Shown: positions 12,964 through 26,917 of the stretch, piece by piece
Layout of the letters: each line of letters starts with the position of its first letter
How positions within the stretch are numbered: position 1 is the first letter of the stretch
NCBI RefSeq assembly: GCF_006345805.1
Contig: NC_043005.1
Coordinates: forward strand, 28,954,001 to 29,018,000
Direction of reading: 5' to 3'
Length of the DNA: 64,000 bases
Origin: Octopus sinensis
Lineage: Eukaryota
Translations under genes and position numbers: made by a program
The notes under the pieces: generated by a model
Told to the model about the DNA's origin: nothing
The model's input: the letters and a program-made list of their open reading frames with translations, nothing else
Databases searched by the model: none

Positions 12964-12993
12964 ATGGCTTCCGAGCAAGTTGAAGAGCGAGAG
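12964..12993 (+). CDS. EIF4E: eIF4E class I, coding exon 1 (MASEQVEERE), phase 0 donor
   Basis: ATG in ATCATGG context, followed by GAG|GTAATGT donor; lies in a CpG-rich region; phase fits exon 2. Assignment as first exon is inference, because the N-terminus is poorly conserved. Confidence 0.8.
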
Positions 12994-15900
12994 GTAATGT
13001 GTTCTTGTTTTATAAATATATGTATATACATATATGTATGCATCTATCTATCTTTATATACATATCCTCGATTCTCTTTTCCTCCTCGATGGATTTATCT
13101 TCTCTTTTCTTTCTTACTTCATGTATAATGTACCCGTCATTTGGTCGGTTTTTTTTTATGCTGTTACTGGTACAGATTGAATCACTATATTATTTGCCTC
13201 TCACTCACACTGTCTTCCTTTTGTCTCCTAACCACACACACAACCTCATACGTGTACATTAAACATTTCTATGTGTATGTGCAATATTGTATAATATATA
13301 TAATACTGAAAACGACGAGGCGTCAGAACGAGCGTAGTGTGAAATATTAAATTTTAAAAAATCTGAAACTACACGCTTTGTGTATTGAGTACTCCATATG
13401 AAAGCCATCGAAGTCGGCTTCGATTGAACCATGAAGTAACCGATAGAAGTGTGTGTATATTATATATATATATATATGTGTGTGTGTATAGAAAAATCTT
13501 ATATGTGCTGGGATTGTTCCTTTCACTTTTTCCTGAGTTTCTCGAATATTCTCAAATGCACACATGTATAATATAACCGCAACAGACAAATCTATTTGAT
13601 TTTTTAACCTTATTGAACGATGTAAGCGTGCCTAGAAGGCATCCCATCTCTGCTCTAACGCCGTGTAACATGTGTTCAAATGAAACGCTTTCCGCTTTTT
13701 CGCCCATCTCTTGTTTTATTAAACTCGGAACACTTCCTAACCACCTTCAACACCGTTTTATATATATCTGTCTTTGGAAATCTTTTAACATGTGTGTCTC
13801 TCTAACCCAGCTTTGTCGTCTATCTACTGTCACACTTTGCATTATCATTACTTTCACACAACAATTCTTTCATCAAACACTCTATTTTTCAAATAAAAAA
13901 AAAATAACGAAGACTCCACATTACACTTTGTTCGGCCCGAATTTGTGCCCGAGTTTGATAAAAACGTTACTGATTTAGGATGTTATTACACATGCATACA
14001 CACACTTACCCATGTATCTATCTATATATACAGATATATACACATACATACACACACACAGTTATTCAGTTTATCAGCAACTGTTAGGTGTTAAAATGTA
14101 ACGCTATCGGTCGTATCAATCAAGCAATCATTTAATACACACACACACTATATATATATATATATACACACACACACATATATATGTATAACATACACCC
14201 ACCCACAAAATTGTATGACTGGTTTTTCTTTGTTAATATACATATTAGGTTAGCAGGGTTTTTTTAATTTCTAAGTAGTAGCCTGTGTAATATTATTAAC
14301 ATTTGTAGAGAATCGTTTTGTTAGACTTTTTACATAGTACGTGTGTGCGTACATATACATATATGTGTTTGCAGTATTCTGTAAGTGCTGTTAAGTCGGT
14401 TAAAATAATTTTGTGGGAGATATCTAATAATGCCGTGTAAGAAAGTGAAAAACTCTGGCGGTTTGACAGTGCACACAGCTAGGTTTTGCTACCACCTTAC
14501 TCGTTGCTCCTCTCACTTTCCCTCTCTTTCCCACCAAACCTTATTTTTCATTTACCATCTCCAACTCTACAAAAGACTTGCCATTTCGTCATTGGCAACT
14601 TTACTGCTCTGACTTTTTTTTATAGTTGCATTTAGTTTAGCCACACTCATCCATCGAAATTTTTTGATAAATATAATTAATTTTCGAGTTTTGATCGCTG
14701 CATTGTTTCTTCCCACCATATTTTAAATAGTCATACCTCTCTCTCACACACACACACGCTCGTATAATATTACATCGGTTTTTACTTATTTTCTTTGCTG
14801 ACAGTTTCTCTTCTGACTTGGCTTCAACACTACCTTTCATTTTCCCTTATAAGAATTAGAATTTAAAATATCTTTATTTCTTTGCGTGTTCTGTCTTCCC
14901 CCCCCCCAAAAAAAAAAATTCGTATCTTTAGACGAATATATTTTCCCCTATTTTTATCGAACCACACTTGCGGCCGAAGTGGGTGGTATTGTTATCCTAA
15001 CAACTTAGCTTAGATATCTCATGGAGTTATTGCTGCTTAATGAGACTGATGTTGGAGAAATATTTTATTTGAAACCCTTCAAATAACTCTCTAATGTCAT
15101 CCTACCATCCCATTGTTATAAGGACCCTTTAGATAATGTAACTCTAAATTTCATCTAAAAAGACAGTATGGTCACGTTTGGAATGTCTTTGATTAGGACT
15201 GACCGGGTTGATCAATCAAGAATAGAAACCGGCTCGTATTGTTTACCACTATTTGAATTACTTGGTCCTACATGATGCCGTGAACGTTTAACTAACATAT
15301 AAAACGCACACGTGGATTAGAATTAAAAAGTATTTAAAAAAAATACTTGATTCATCGCAGTATTTTACCCTTCACAGAAAAATTCTTTTACATAAATGTA
15401 TAATTTAGTTTAATGAAATAAAATACTCTATCTGCTGACTGTTGTGCTATTCATTGACTTCAAAACAATGTAGTTTTGCAATTAACAAAATTAATTAGTA
15501 TTTTTCTTCCACCGTATGTTTGAACTAGTGTATATACAGTATATATAGCTTTGTGTGTATGTGTCAGATACTGTTTTTAGTGTGTTTAGTAGGTAAAATC
15601 CACTTGTATTTCTAACCAGCTGTTTACAAACAGGTTATTTAGCAGAGAAGCTGAGAACGGTTAATTCAGTGTATAAATAGCAGATAATACTTATATTTAT
15701 AGCCACGACCTTCAGGTCTTCATTTCCAAAATAATTTCTAATTACTATCACTAATTGATTAATATTTTAAATACTTCTTTTCCTCCCTTCCTCTTACAGT
15801 GAAGTGTAAAACTTATTTTTGGCAGACATAAATTTTATTGCCAAAAATATTTTCCAGACAATTTTCTGATACTTTTCCAGAAAATTCTTTGTCATATTAG

Positions 15901-16390
15901 AAGGAATATAATTTAAAGTGTATAAAACTTATTAAAATTAAATATCAGTTAAAAATATGCGTTTGCTTAAAGTGTGTACTAAAACTAAAATCCGTTTTAA
16001 ATGTTAAGCTTTTAGCTACTACTTGGACGTTTGTTGTTTATACGGTAACTTCTTACCTTGATACAACTTGCAGGGGAATTATAAGTTGGTTGGAATTGAT
16101 CCTGTTACATACAATAAGCCCCTGAAGGAATGAAACTGTCAGTTCTGGCAGGATTTGAACTTGAAATGTAAAGATACAGGAGAATATACCCCCAAATCTT
16201 TTCACTGTCTTTAAAAAATAATTCTGGAACTATAACCCCTAAAAAGAGAACTAGGTTTTAAGTGAATGATTTAATCCTTTATCATTTAACGTCCTTTTTA
16301 CTCACTGGCACGGGTTTGTTGGTATCACTAAACATTGATTTAACTTTATTCATTTGATAACTAACTGCAAGGACTCATACTAATCACTTC

Positions 16391-16777
16391 GGATCTTTTC
16401 GGTTTGAACTGCAGTTTTTAAAAATTTCCACGTAACTAGACACTTTTAAACTTCGTAAACTGGTAGAATGTGTTTATAAAACATATTTTTCTCTTCGCTT
16501 TGAGAAAATTCTATAGTTTGTAAAATATCTTTTTTTCCTTCAAGTTCAACAACCAATCAATTATGTCTATTGAGGTGAAAACATTCTGTGCCGTATGAAT
16601 ATGTCCCTCGTTTAAGAAACAGATTGGGTTTATTTATATTTCTGAAGAAAAAAGATACCCTTCCCCCTAACCCTTACACAGCTTGAAATGCAATAGATCG
16701 ATACTAGGGTCATAATTATGGGTGACAATTTCATATGACACCGCTAGAAAAAACTGCCGTTCAAACCGAAAAGATCC
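16391..16777. mobile_element. Merlin-like MITE, 387 bp, 28-bp TIR starting GG, 8-bp TSD ATCACTTC
   Basis: TIR GGATCTTTTCGGTTTGAAC(T/G)GCAGTTTT at both ends; ATCACTTC at 16383-16390 and 16778-16785. Superfamily inferred from GG termini plus 8-bp TSD. Confidence 0.85.
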
Positions 16778-18064
16778 ATCACTTCTGCAAAATATATTAA
16801 TCTTAAGTATTTTGTTTTTAATACATTTTCCGTACCTATTTGTGTGGGAGCAACTGTTTTTTTTTTTCCAATTGGGCGACCTGATCGATTATTTGTGGAC
16901 CCCCCCCCCTCAGTCAAACTGCAGCAGACAAGTTTAGGTTTTTCAGTGAATGACAGCACTAAGACATCACTTGAGACTGCCTCTTGTTCTATGATACAAA
17001 TTCTAGTTTTAAAGTGATTGTTAATTTGTTCCAAACACCAGTTTAATGAGTTATTTTTGTTAAATAATTTTAAACATTTATTGAAAATAGTATATTTCAA
17101 CTGAGTGGTAACTAAAGGATTAAAATTTCAAAACCAGCCCACAACCTCCTTAAAGCTAAAATTGCATTGATGTTTTCAGTTTCATTTCACTATTACTTCT
17201 TGAACTCAACCCCTTCTCTCATCTGGAATGTCTTTAAATCACATCTACACTATTTAACTGTTGTTTTTCATTATCATGACCATTGCTCTGAACTTGGTTA
17301 CCCTATCCTTAACCACTGCTGTTCTTCGACCTTCTCGATCATAACCTATAATTTAAAACTATTTTATGACCATGTCATCTCCCCATCTCACTTCCATTCT
17401 GGGACTTTAACTTTTGTTTCTCTTTTAAAACCTAACAAATATTTTGTATAAAAAAGTAAAAAAATAAAAATGAAGATAATGACATGTCACAAGCAAACTT
17501 TGAATTGTTTTATAAACTCCTTCCCCTGTTCACTTCTATAGTTGTCACCTACATTACTAAAATAGCCTTGTCTGTTACTTTTACTTTGTCTCCGTATTCT
17601 TTTACTGAAGTTCTTTCCAGTGTCAACTGTCACTGAGTCTTAAAGCACATCCTTTGTCTTTGAAATTTAAACCATTGTCGAAAAAACTGTGTTGTATATT
17701 GATCTCCAAGAAGCTTCCTGTGTAGATAACAGCCAGTTAGCTAAGACATAAAGATAACTTAAAGATAAACTTTTATATACTTTTTTCTTTTAAACACCAA
17801 TAATTATTTCCATTTACTTTGTTTTAATTCCACATTCCACATAGTCACTAGTCTTGGTTGGCTCTCTTCATTGTCTTGCTTTGGTGGTCAAAGTCTGAAA
17901 CTTGACTTGTATTCAGTAGTGTTTAAAAAATCTGTATCCTCTAACATTATTTTAATGAACTATAATTTCACATGCATTTATGACATTTTTTTTAATGTTA
18001 TGAATTTTTACCAAAGTTTATATATATTTTTAAATAATCTAGCTGTGTATTTTTCTAACAATAG

Positions 18065-18261
18065 GAAAACCGGCAGAGTCCAGACCCTGAGTCAGGTGAA
18101 GAGAATTCTGAATCATGTGACACTGTTTCTCCTGATGCCCTTATCAAGCACCCATTGCAATTCAAATGGGCTTTATGGTTTTACAAAAATGATAAAACTA
18201 AAAATTGGGTTTCCAACTTGAAATTAGTGACAACATTTGATACTGTCGAAGACTTCTGGTC
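18065..18261 (+). CDS. EIF4E: eIF4E exon 2 (ENRQSPDPES...KHPLQFKWALWFYKNDKTKNWVSNLKLVTTFDTVEDFW), 197 nt
   Basis: TTTTCTAACAATAG acceptor and TC|GTAAGT donor; HPL..W..W and VEDFW motifs of eIF4E. Confidence 0.97.
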
Positions 18262-18361
18262 GTAAGTAAAATGTTATTTTTAATATTTGAAAATTTCTAT
18301 TTAATCTATTGTTAAATTTGGTTGTTGATTTTTTTTTTTTTTTTCCTGTTTTGCTTTTCAG

Positions 18362-18425
18362 GTTATATAACCATGTTCAGAGAGCTAGCAAGATCCCATA
18401 TGGCTGTGATTATTCTATGTTCAAG
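18362..18425 (+). CDS. EIF4E: eIF4E exon 3 (S-LYNHVQRASKIPYGCDYSMFK), 64 nt
   Basis: Poly-T acceptor TTTTCAG and AAG|GTAAG donor; LYNH and DYSMFK motifs; phase 2 to phase 0. Confidence 0.97.
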
Positions 18426-18599
18426 GTAAGCTTTGACTATTCTGTGTTGAAATACCTGATGATAGTACTCTTGCTAATGCTTAAAGATAATGGATAGTTG
18501 AAGAGAGCTTAGAATGGCTTATTTCTTTAAAAAGTTTGACCAATGAAAACAGCTGCAGTAAAACCTACAGTGTACTGATGTTATTTAAAGATCATTTAC

Positions 18600-18775
18600 A
18601 TTACTTACATTTGACAGATATTTGTCCTCATCTTGTTTAACACGTTTCGGCTGATCTATCCTCCAGCCTTCATTAGATGTCTTGGGGAAATTTTGAACCT
18701 GGGTTCTCATTCCTAAGGTATTCCATCAAATATTAATAATGTACATAATTCCTCATCTCTTAAATATAGAACTGT
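18600..18775 (-). mobile_element. Partial copy of the hammerhead-like SINE family (3' half)
   Basis: Reverse complement matches 45200-45330. Confidence 0.85.
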
Positions 18776-19049
18776 TAGCAACATATATTAATCATCTCAA
18801 AGTGGAAAACAGTACAATTTGAAATGGTTGATAATCATTGACTCTGCACCTTATAACACATCTATGAAAATGTAGACTTTGCATAAAAGAATCGATTAGT
18901 ATCCATTATGCCAGCAACAAAAATAAAAATGTACTATTTAATAAGATTACAGATGTTTTAGTATGCTGTAAGCATGAATATTTATCACTTCTAAATTTTT
19001 TGCAGTATAAAAATATGGCTTAGATTAGAACGCATGAATATATGGATTT

Positions 19050-20760
19050 AAAATCATTGTTTAATGTCCGCTTTCCATGCTGGCATAGGTTGGACGGTTT
19101 GACTGGCAAGCTAGAAGGCTGTACCAGGCCCCAATCTGATCTGGCAAGGTTTCTACAGCTGGATGCCTTTCCTAATGCCAACAGCTCCGAGAGTGTAGTG
19201 GGTGCTTTTTACATGCCTCCGGCACAGGAGCCAGTCAGGCGGCACTGGCATCGACCATGCTCGAATGGTGCTTTTTACATGCCAGTCAGGTGGTACCGGC
19301 ATCAGCCACAACAATGACTTCACTTAACTCAGCAGGTCTTTGCAAGCACAGTTTATTGCCCAATGATGGAAGGGTACTCTTAAATGTACTGGTTATGCTG
19401 CACTGGCATAGATCATGGTTGCAGTCTCATTTGGCTTGCTGGGTCTTCTCAAGCACAGCATATCTCCAAAGGTCGTGGTTACACATCATTGTCTCCATGA
19501 GGCCCAACATTCAAAGGTCGTGCTTCACCACCTCATCCCATGTCTTACTGGGCCTACCTCTTCCACAGGTTCCCTCTACTGGTAGGGTGACACTTTTTCA
19601 CACAGCTGTCCTCTTCCATATGCACCACATGACCATACCAGTGCAGTCATCTCTCTTGCACATCATGTCTGATGATTCTTATGTCCAACTTTTCTTCTCA
19701 GGGCGTTTACGCTCTGTCATGTATGCACACTGATATTACACATCCAGTGGAGCATACTAGCTTCATTTTTTGCAAGCCTACACATGTCCTCAGCAGTCAC
19801 GGTCCATGTTTTATTGCAGTGTAGCATGGCTGTTTGCACACGAGTCATACAGTCTACCTTTTACTCTGAGTGAGAGGCCCTTTGTCACCAGCAGAGGTAG
19901 GAGCTCTCTGAACTTTGCCCAGTCTATTCTTATTCTTATTTCTTTACTGCCCACAAGGGGCTACACACAGAGGGGACAAACGGATTGTCGATTATATTGA
20001 CCCCAGTGCGTAACTAGTACTTATTTAATTGACCCCAAAAGGATGAAAGGTAAAGTCGACCTCAGCGGAATTTGAACTTAGAACGTAGCGGCAGACGAAA
20101 CACCGCTAAGCATTTTGCCCAGCATGCTAGCGATTCTGCCAGCTCGCCGCCTTGTTATTCTATTCTTATTCTAGCAGTTACACTCTCAGAGCGTCCACCC
20201 CTCGCTACTGACTTGGTCAACTAGGTAATGGAAGCTATCAACTACTTCTAGTTTCCCCCCCTGGCATGCGATGGAAGCTGTTTTCTGAACATTTTCAGTT
20301 TTTATTGCCCCTGAGCATTTGCCACATACAAAAACTATCTTCCCAGTTAGCCTCCCTTTGATATTGCTGCACCTCTTATGTATCCATAGCTTACACTAGG
20401 TACATCTTATGGAGTTTCTACCTATGCCTTTTCTACAGATTGAGCAGGGCCATCTACCTGAAGGGATTTGTGATTTGTCTGCCTTTCTACTTACTAAGAC
20501 TTTGGTTTTTGCTAGATTGTCTCTAAGGCCCTTTGATTCTAGAACTTGCTTCAGCACCTGAAACTTCTCTAGTTTTGATTGTGACTCAGCTATTAGAGCA
20601 AGTTCATCAGCATAGAGAAGCTCCCAGGAGCAAGCTGTCTTGAATTCCTCTGTTATTGCCTGGAGGACTATGATGAATAAGAGGGGCTGAGGACTGATCC
20701 TTAGTTGATCTCTACTCAGAATTCTTCACTTTACTCTTTCCAACACTCACCTTACTGACA
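19050..20760 (-). mobile_element. Decayed RTE LINE 3' half (RT to tail), interrupted by a SINE
   Basis: CGRGRPSKTWDE and FRELLPLL-like motifs on -; YADE-like motif near 20600. Confidence 0.85.
19936..20159 (-). mobile_element. tRNA-derived SINE (head GGCGGCGAGCTGGCAGAA) with 12-bp TSD CTATTCTTATTC
   Basis: TSD at 19924-19935 and 20160-20171; B-box-like GTTCAAATTCC; other copies at 46585, 50850 and 52583. Confidence 0.9.
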
Positions 20761-23243
20761 GCATCCTATATTAAAATAATTTAAAAATATATAAATACAC
20801 AATGAAATATTCCAATAGGCCACATGTCTACCTATTCAACTATTTTTCTTTATAAACGATTCTATTTCAGGTTCTATTTTGTCAATTATATTTTTAATTA
20901 TTTAATTATTTGACGTCTACCCACTAATACAAATTCATCATGTAGAGCTTGACTTCACCATGAACAGTGAACCCTGAAGAAGAAAATATCATTTTGATGG
21001 AGCTGAATATGGATTGTTCCTACGACCCTTTAATATTTTCTGAAACAACTGTAGATTTTTAACTAACTTTTACTTTTCATATTTTGTATTGCTGAACTTT
21101 ATTCATAATTTTTAATCTCCCTCAATTACGTGTATCTACATACGCATACACGTTTCTTATGTTTTTATGTCATCATTATATACTCGAATAGAATGTCTTC
21201 ATTTAAATTTGAATTATTTTAATATATACATGTTTATTGATCCTGAAAGTACATGAATGGAACAATGTATCGCGTCTTATAAATCACTGGAAACATTTCG
21301 TTTATTTGGATGTAAATTACGGATAACCAAAGTTTATCTCCTACAAAATTTTGTGTGTGTGTGTGTATATACACACACACGCACACACAAATTAAGATTA
21401 CCACTTTACCCTTGTAATTGAACATTTCAGCAATTGTTTGTGCATATATATTTTATTAGTGCACATATAACCATCTCAAAGATAGTGGCTCTGACATTGG
21501 GATTAGCTTTTCTGGTGATTATCTTCTTAAAGGCTGTAGTATGTAGGGGTTGAAGGGAATTCAGCTGATTATTTCTAACTTGAGTAAGCTTTCAATGAAA
21601 GCTTTTCTGTTGCTTTTTTGCATATCAGGAGACAATGATTTGTGTGAGCTTGGAATGCTATTTTTAGTTGGCCAGTATCGATAGCAGTCCTTGTTTTTTA
21701 GTCCCATGATAACTCTAATCTGCCCTATGATAAAAGGCATTGAAGCCATGATCTCCCTAGTTGTGTCTATTTGAGGGAGATTTATTTCTGACATGTCAAG
21801 TAACTGTTTAGAGGCTGTGTCATTAGTTGCTGTTTAACTCCAGGTCAAGTCTGATCAGGCAAGCCTGTAAAAATGCTCATCGTGACCATCACATCTTCCT
21901 TATATAATTGTCTTTCTTTAAAAAAAATGGTTTGAGTGTCTTTTTGTATATCAGGAAGTATGTTGTTCTCTGTATCCTTTAAGACTGTAGGTTTGTGAGT
22001 TAAGGGAAATTTAGTTGCTATTTCCAGCATTTCAAACAATTACTCCAAGGCTCTGCTTATTGCGTAGAATGTTAAGCTGTTACTGTTTAGTCCTGAGTTG
22101 CCAAAAAGCATTCAAGCTGTTTGTTTAGCCATTTTGTATATTCATTGTCTGACATTTTTTAAAAAACTGATTTGAAGATCATTTGGCTGCTATTTTTAGC
22201 CATAACTGTTCAGTCCTTATATTGTAAGATAATAGGACACACACACACACATTAATGGTTATGCAGATAGAGAATATTGTGTTTAGATTGACGTTTTTTT
22301 AAAAGAAAAGCCAATACATTTAGATATATGACTTAGAATGATTGTAGCAGACAAGTGTGTGTGTGTGTAGATGTCTCTGTTCATAAGAACCTCTTAAATT
22401 ATATAGTTTTTGCGTGTAGGTATATTTATTCAATCACACACATACACACACAAGGCTTCATATATTTGTGTATGTACGAAAGTATTATACATCCATCTAT
22501 GTGTATATATTAATGCTTTCATTACTAACTTGCCTGTAGTTGGTCGAAAAATATTTTGGTTTATATTATCAAACCAGCTTAGAATTTCGGCGCAAATCTC
22601 ATTAGCACATTTGTGAACACATGTGGTTTCACTATGTAAACAATTGAATTGTACTGTCTGCCATCATTGTACATGATATCTGAGTGCTGCGAATTTTTGG
22701 AGATTTTTTTTTTTTTTTTTCATTTTGATTTTCTGAAATGTTCACTGGATGAAAAATGGATACTTGTTCCATTTTGTCAAGCAGCAAGTTTGGTTTTGAA
22801 GAACTTTTGAAAGAAGACAATATATGACAAGCATGAAAACCATGTTTCATTATCACCATTGTTTAATGTCTGCATTCCATGCTGGCATGGGTTTGCTGGT
22901 TTAACTGAAAACTGGTAAACTAAGGGGGTGCACCAGGTTCCAATCTAATTTGGCAAGATTTCTACAGCTGGATACCCTTCCTAACGCCAACCATTCTGAG
23001 AGTGTAGTGGGTGTTCTTTTACTTGCTGGCTATAACTATGGTTTCACTTGGCTTGATGGGTCAACACAACTATGGTATTGCCAGGGGTCTTGGTCACCAG
23101 ACATTGGGCCTCCATGAGGCCCAATGCTCAAATGGTGCATTTTACATATCAGTCAGGTGGCACTGGCATCGACTACGATTTCACTCAGTTCAACAGGTCT
23201 CCACAAGTACAGCATATTGCCCAGTGATTGAAGGGTGCTTTAA

Positions 23244-23464
23244 CCCTTTAGCATTTAAACCGGCCATATCCGGCCAAAAGCATTCTGCCTGTTTTATGTT
23301 CAAACTGGCCAGATCTGGTCTCTCACACTGACCCTACAATATTGTTTTAAAAGTTAACAGCTACCTCATCAAAATCTCATATCTACAAGATAATGCCTGA
23401 TTAGTTCAAAACAATGTGAATGAAAAAGCATTAATTTTGGCAGAATAATGTGAACACTAAAGGG
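23244..23464. mobile_element. piggyBac-type MITE (TTAA|CCCTTTA...TAAAGGG|TTAA) nested in an RTE-tail element
   Basis: CCC/GGG termini and TTAA TSD; related copy near 55465-55672. Confidence 0.85.
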
Positions 23465-26400
23465 TTAAACAGGTCAGTTATGTGACACTGGCATCATCCA
23501 TGACTACGATCTCACTTGGCTTGACATCACTGCCTCCATTATGAATTGTATATTTCTTTTCCCGAAAAGTGAAACAGTTTCAATGGTGATAAAAGAAAAA
23601 TGAGTTTATACCTGAGTATAGTGAGAATTTAACTGTTTTTCTTAGTTATTTTTAGGATGATATTAGACTGAGCTACAGTCATTCTAAGGAAATGAAAATG
23701 TTAGATTATTTTTTAGTTTTTATGATGATAATGAATCAATTACTGCAGAAGCAAATTGTTATGCAGAAAAAGGTATTTTGAGTTTTCCCACATAAGTGTA
23801 AGAAAATAAAAAATTTGAGCATTTTTTAGGAAGTGTGTATGTGTGTGTGAAGTAATTTTTTTCAAATTTGTTTTTATTTTTTATTTACCTGTTAGATGCA
23901 TGACTAAGTTTGATTAATTGGGATTGTGAATCATATGTGCTTCTGTGTATTTAAGTTTATGTATGAGGTTATTTCATTCTGTTTTGCCTTTATGGTACAC
24001 TTGTCTTATGTGCATTAAGTTCAACTGATAAATAATCCAGTAATTTGCACAATTCATATTAAATTTTGTATGTTCATTGAATATTAGCCAATGACTTGTT
24101 ATCTATGCTGATGTTCAAATTAAATTTAAGTCATTTCTATTTTGTTGAATTTACCTAGAATTAGATTCACTTTGGGACAAAAATGACGAAACAGATTTTG
24201 TTAAGAACCTTTCATTAAATTGTGTTCCAAAAATGTCATTAATATGTTGATAAATATAAAAATTAGTTGTTTTATGAAACCAGTGCAAATCCAAGATTAT
24301 TTTAGAAATATAGTTAAGAAAGGGTCTGTAAAGTTTGGCAATCCAGCCTTAGAAACCATTCTAAAGTAGACATTGTGGCAGAACTTAGACTTTTGTTTTG
24401 TCAGATCCTGTCAAACTGTCCAACCCATGTTACCATGGAAGCTGAGCATTTTATATCTCATTATCATTTTAACCTCCATTGTTCATGCTGGCATGGGTTT
24501 GACTGGGCTGGCATGCTGGAAGGCTGCGCTAGGATCCAGTCTGATTTGGCATGGTTTTCTATAGCTGGATGCCTCTCCTGATGCCAACCACTCTGAGAGT
24601 GTAATGGGTGCTTGTATGTGACACCGGTATTTGCCATAACTGATTTTGCTTGGAATATATATATTGCATTTGGGTATGTTTATATTTGTAGGGGTACTTC
24701 TGCTGATCATCCTTCTTATCTACCTGTTGATTAGCTTCGTTCTTTTCCTCCTCTGAATCACATATTTACCCTTCTGTCTCTTATCTCGCCATCACCTATG
24801 AAGCTCACAAACTATGAATGGTTATCTTACTTACTACCCCCTTCATTGTACCTCTACCCATCCTTCACTTGGCCTATGTATGTAAGACTTTTGCTTTTTC
24901 CTCATCACTCTACCTATACCCACCTCTACTGCTGTCCATCTCCCTCCTCACCTTGGTCATTACTTTATCAATCATGCCTTGTATTCTTGTTTGCCCAACT
25001 ATTGCCATCCCTCTCTCCCTGCCCTGTCCTCCACCACTCAGCTTCAGCCATTCTCTCTGGAACCTGTTCATCCCCATTTATTCTCTCTTTCATGTTCCCT
25101 TCTGTTGTACTTTCCATCCATACTCTTATGTGGAGTAGCCCTGGACCCTCTCCACACAACTTCTTCCTAATTAACCAGATTTCCTTTTACCCTCCTTTTC
25201 ACCACTATAAATCTCTCATACCTCACCCTCATCACCTTGTCTAAAATCATCATACACACTCCACTTCTCCTGTTATAGGGCTTACTTTAAGCCCTTCAGT
25301 CTTGAAAGTTGCAAAGTGATGTCTCTAGTTGCTGGTACCCACAAAAAAGCACTCTGTAAAGTGGTTAGAGATAGTAATGGAGCATGACTCAACCCCCCCT
25401 TCCCCAACTCCTCAGATCTTGTCCAGCTTATGCCACCATGGAGAGTGAACATAAGACCAGTTTCTCCTTTTATAACTCAAACCATGTATATATCTCATTC
25501 TGGGTGATTGCAATTCTAACAACACTAAAAAGATCATGCCATCTACTTCTGTATAAATGTTTGAGTTTAAACTATCAGTAGTACCTCATAACATACCATA
25601 TGTGGATCACTTAAGTTCATAATCCTTTGCTTTTTGTCCTTATATTAGCAAATGCTGTTAGTTCACTGGGGGTTCATTGCATCATATTTTCAGTTCCATG
25701 CATCTGCACTCAGTGCCTATACCTCACTGTGGTGAAGTACTGTACTTAGACAAACTTCACATAGCTTGCTCTGAACTTTTAAACTATGTTGTCTTTTACA
25801 ATCACTTGCAGCACTAAATACTTTGAGGTAACCAAAAAAAATGACTATTTCTGACAAGCCACCTGAGCAGGTCATGTGCTCCTATTGCTAACTACTCCTG
25901 TGTATCTTTCACATCTTACATCCTGGTTCTGTCAACCTGCCAGAAATTTCATTCCACATTTTTATGTACTTGTTTCTTTCACTGAATATGCAATATTGAG
26001 TTCCTGCCTACTCCTTTTCGTATATCTTCTCACGCCCACAACATTCTGCCGGCATATCTTGAGTATTCTACCTTCACATACCGGCTTGGTGCAACAGTAA
26101 TAAGTATTTTAATATACCTCAGCTAAAATTTTATTAATTAAAATATTAAAATCTACATTTTTTGCCAACAAAAAATCCATCTATTCCAGTAGTATGAAAT
26201 TCTGAAGTCTTGGATCTGATCATTTTTCTCAAGCATTTTGGGAAGTTAAGACCTTTAGAAAATGGGGATAGTTGGTTTATGTGAAATCTATGGAATAAAC
26301 TGGATGAAGAAATTTCATAACCCAGCTCAGTCTGTAGTTATTCCTATTGTGGCTGGGATTATTATAAGGAATTGGTCCTTTTTGATTGACCACATTGCTA

Positions 26401-26917
26401 GATTTAAACATGGTAGTTTTTGGTGCATTTTGTTAATTTCCTAGCAATACTTACCTGCTTTGGTGTTTTCACTAAGTTTCATGAAATAGTAGATGGTTCC
26501 ATTTAACCACCAAACAATGGCCATAACCTTTTTATCTAAAGTGTTTTGGTGCTTCACTTAATGCCAGTTATAGTATAGAATCTGTGCAAAACTAGCATAA
26601 GGAAGCTTTGTGGGTTGTGCAGCTATTATTTTTCAATCTTTTAGACTTTCCAGTGTGGTGCAAGTCTCAAATTACTATTGAATGGTCAATGTTTTGGCTC
26701 TTCTGCAACCTCCTGAGTTGTTGAGGTGTATGAGTCTGCTTCAATAATAGATTTTGCACCAACTGAATAACTTTGTACAACTGACTCTCAATTGATTGTC
26801 AGTTTAAGCCGCTGATCTTGACTTTCACACATCAAAGTTTAGAATAACAAACACCTTTATAGATAAACACTTTTTCAGTATTTCAATTTGTTTCCTTATA
26901 ATTTTCAGCAAGGGCTC

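Larger units (their letters stand above)
12400..15400. promoter_or_regulatory. CpG-retaining promoter and first-intron region of eIF4E
   Basis: 8 CpGs counted in 12841-12960 versus 0 in 33901-34260; boundaries approximate. Confidence 0.55.

Noticed and set aside
14430-14840. ORFs in eIF4E intron 1 as alternative first exons or a divergent gene
   Set aside because: No homology and no convincing in-phase donor; needs transcript data.
20975-21030. CTGAAGAAG-AAAAT-ATC-ATTTT-GATG as a Penelope hammerhead relic
   Set aside because: The GAAA box is absent and stems I and III are unconvincing.
21561-22200. Minus-strand ORFs possibly from a LINE pre-RT linker
   Set aside because: Only vague resemblance; no diagnostic motif.
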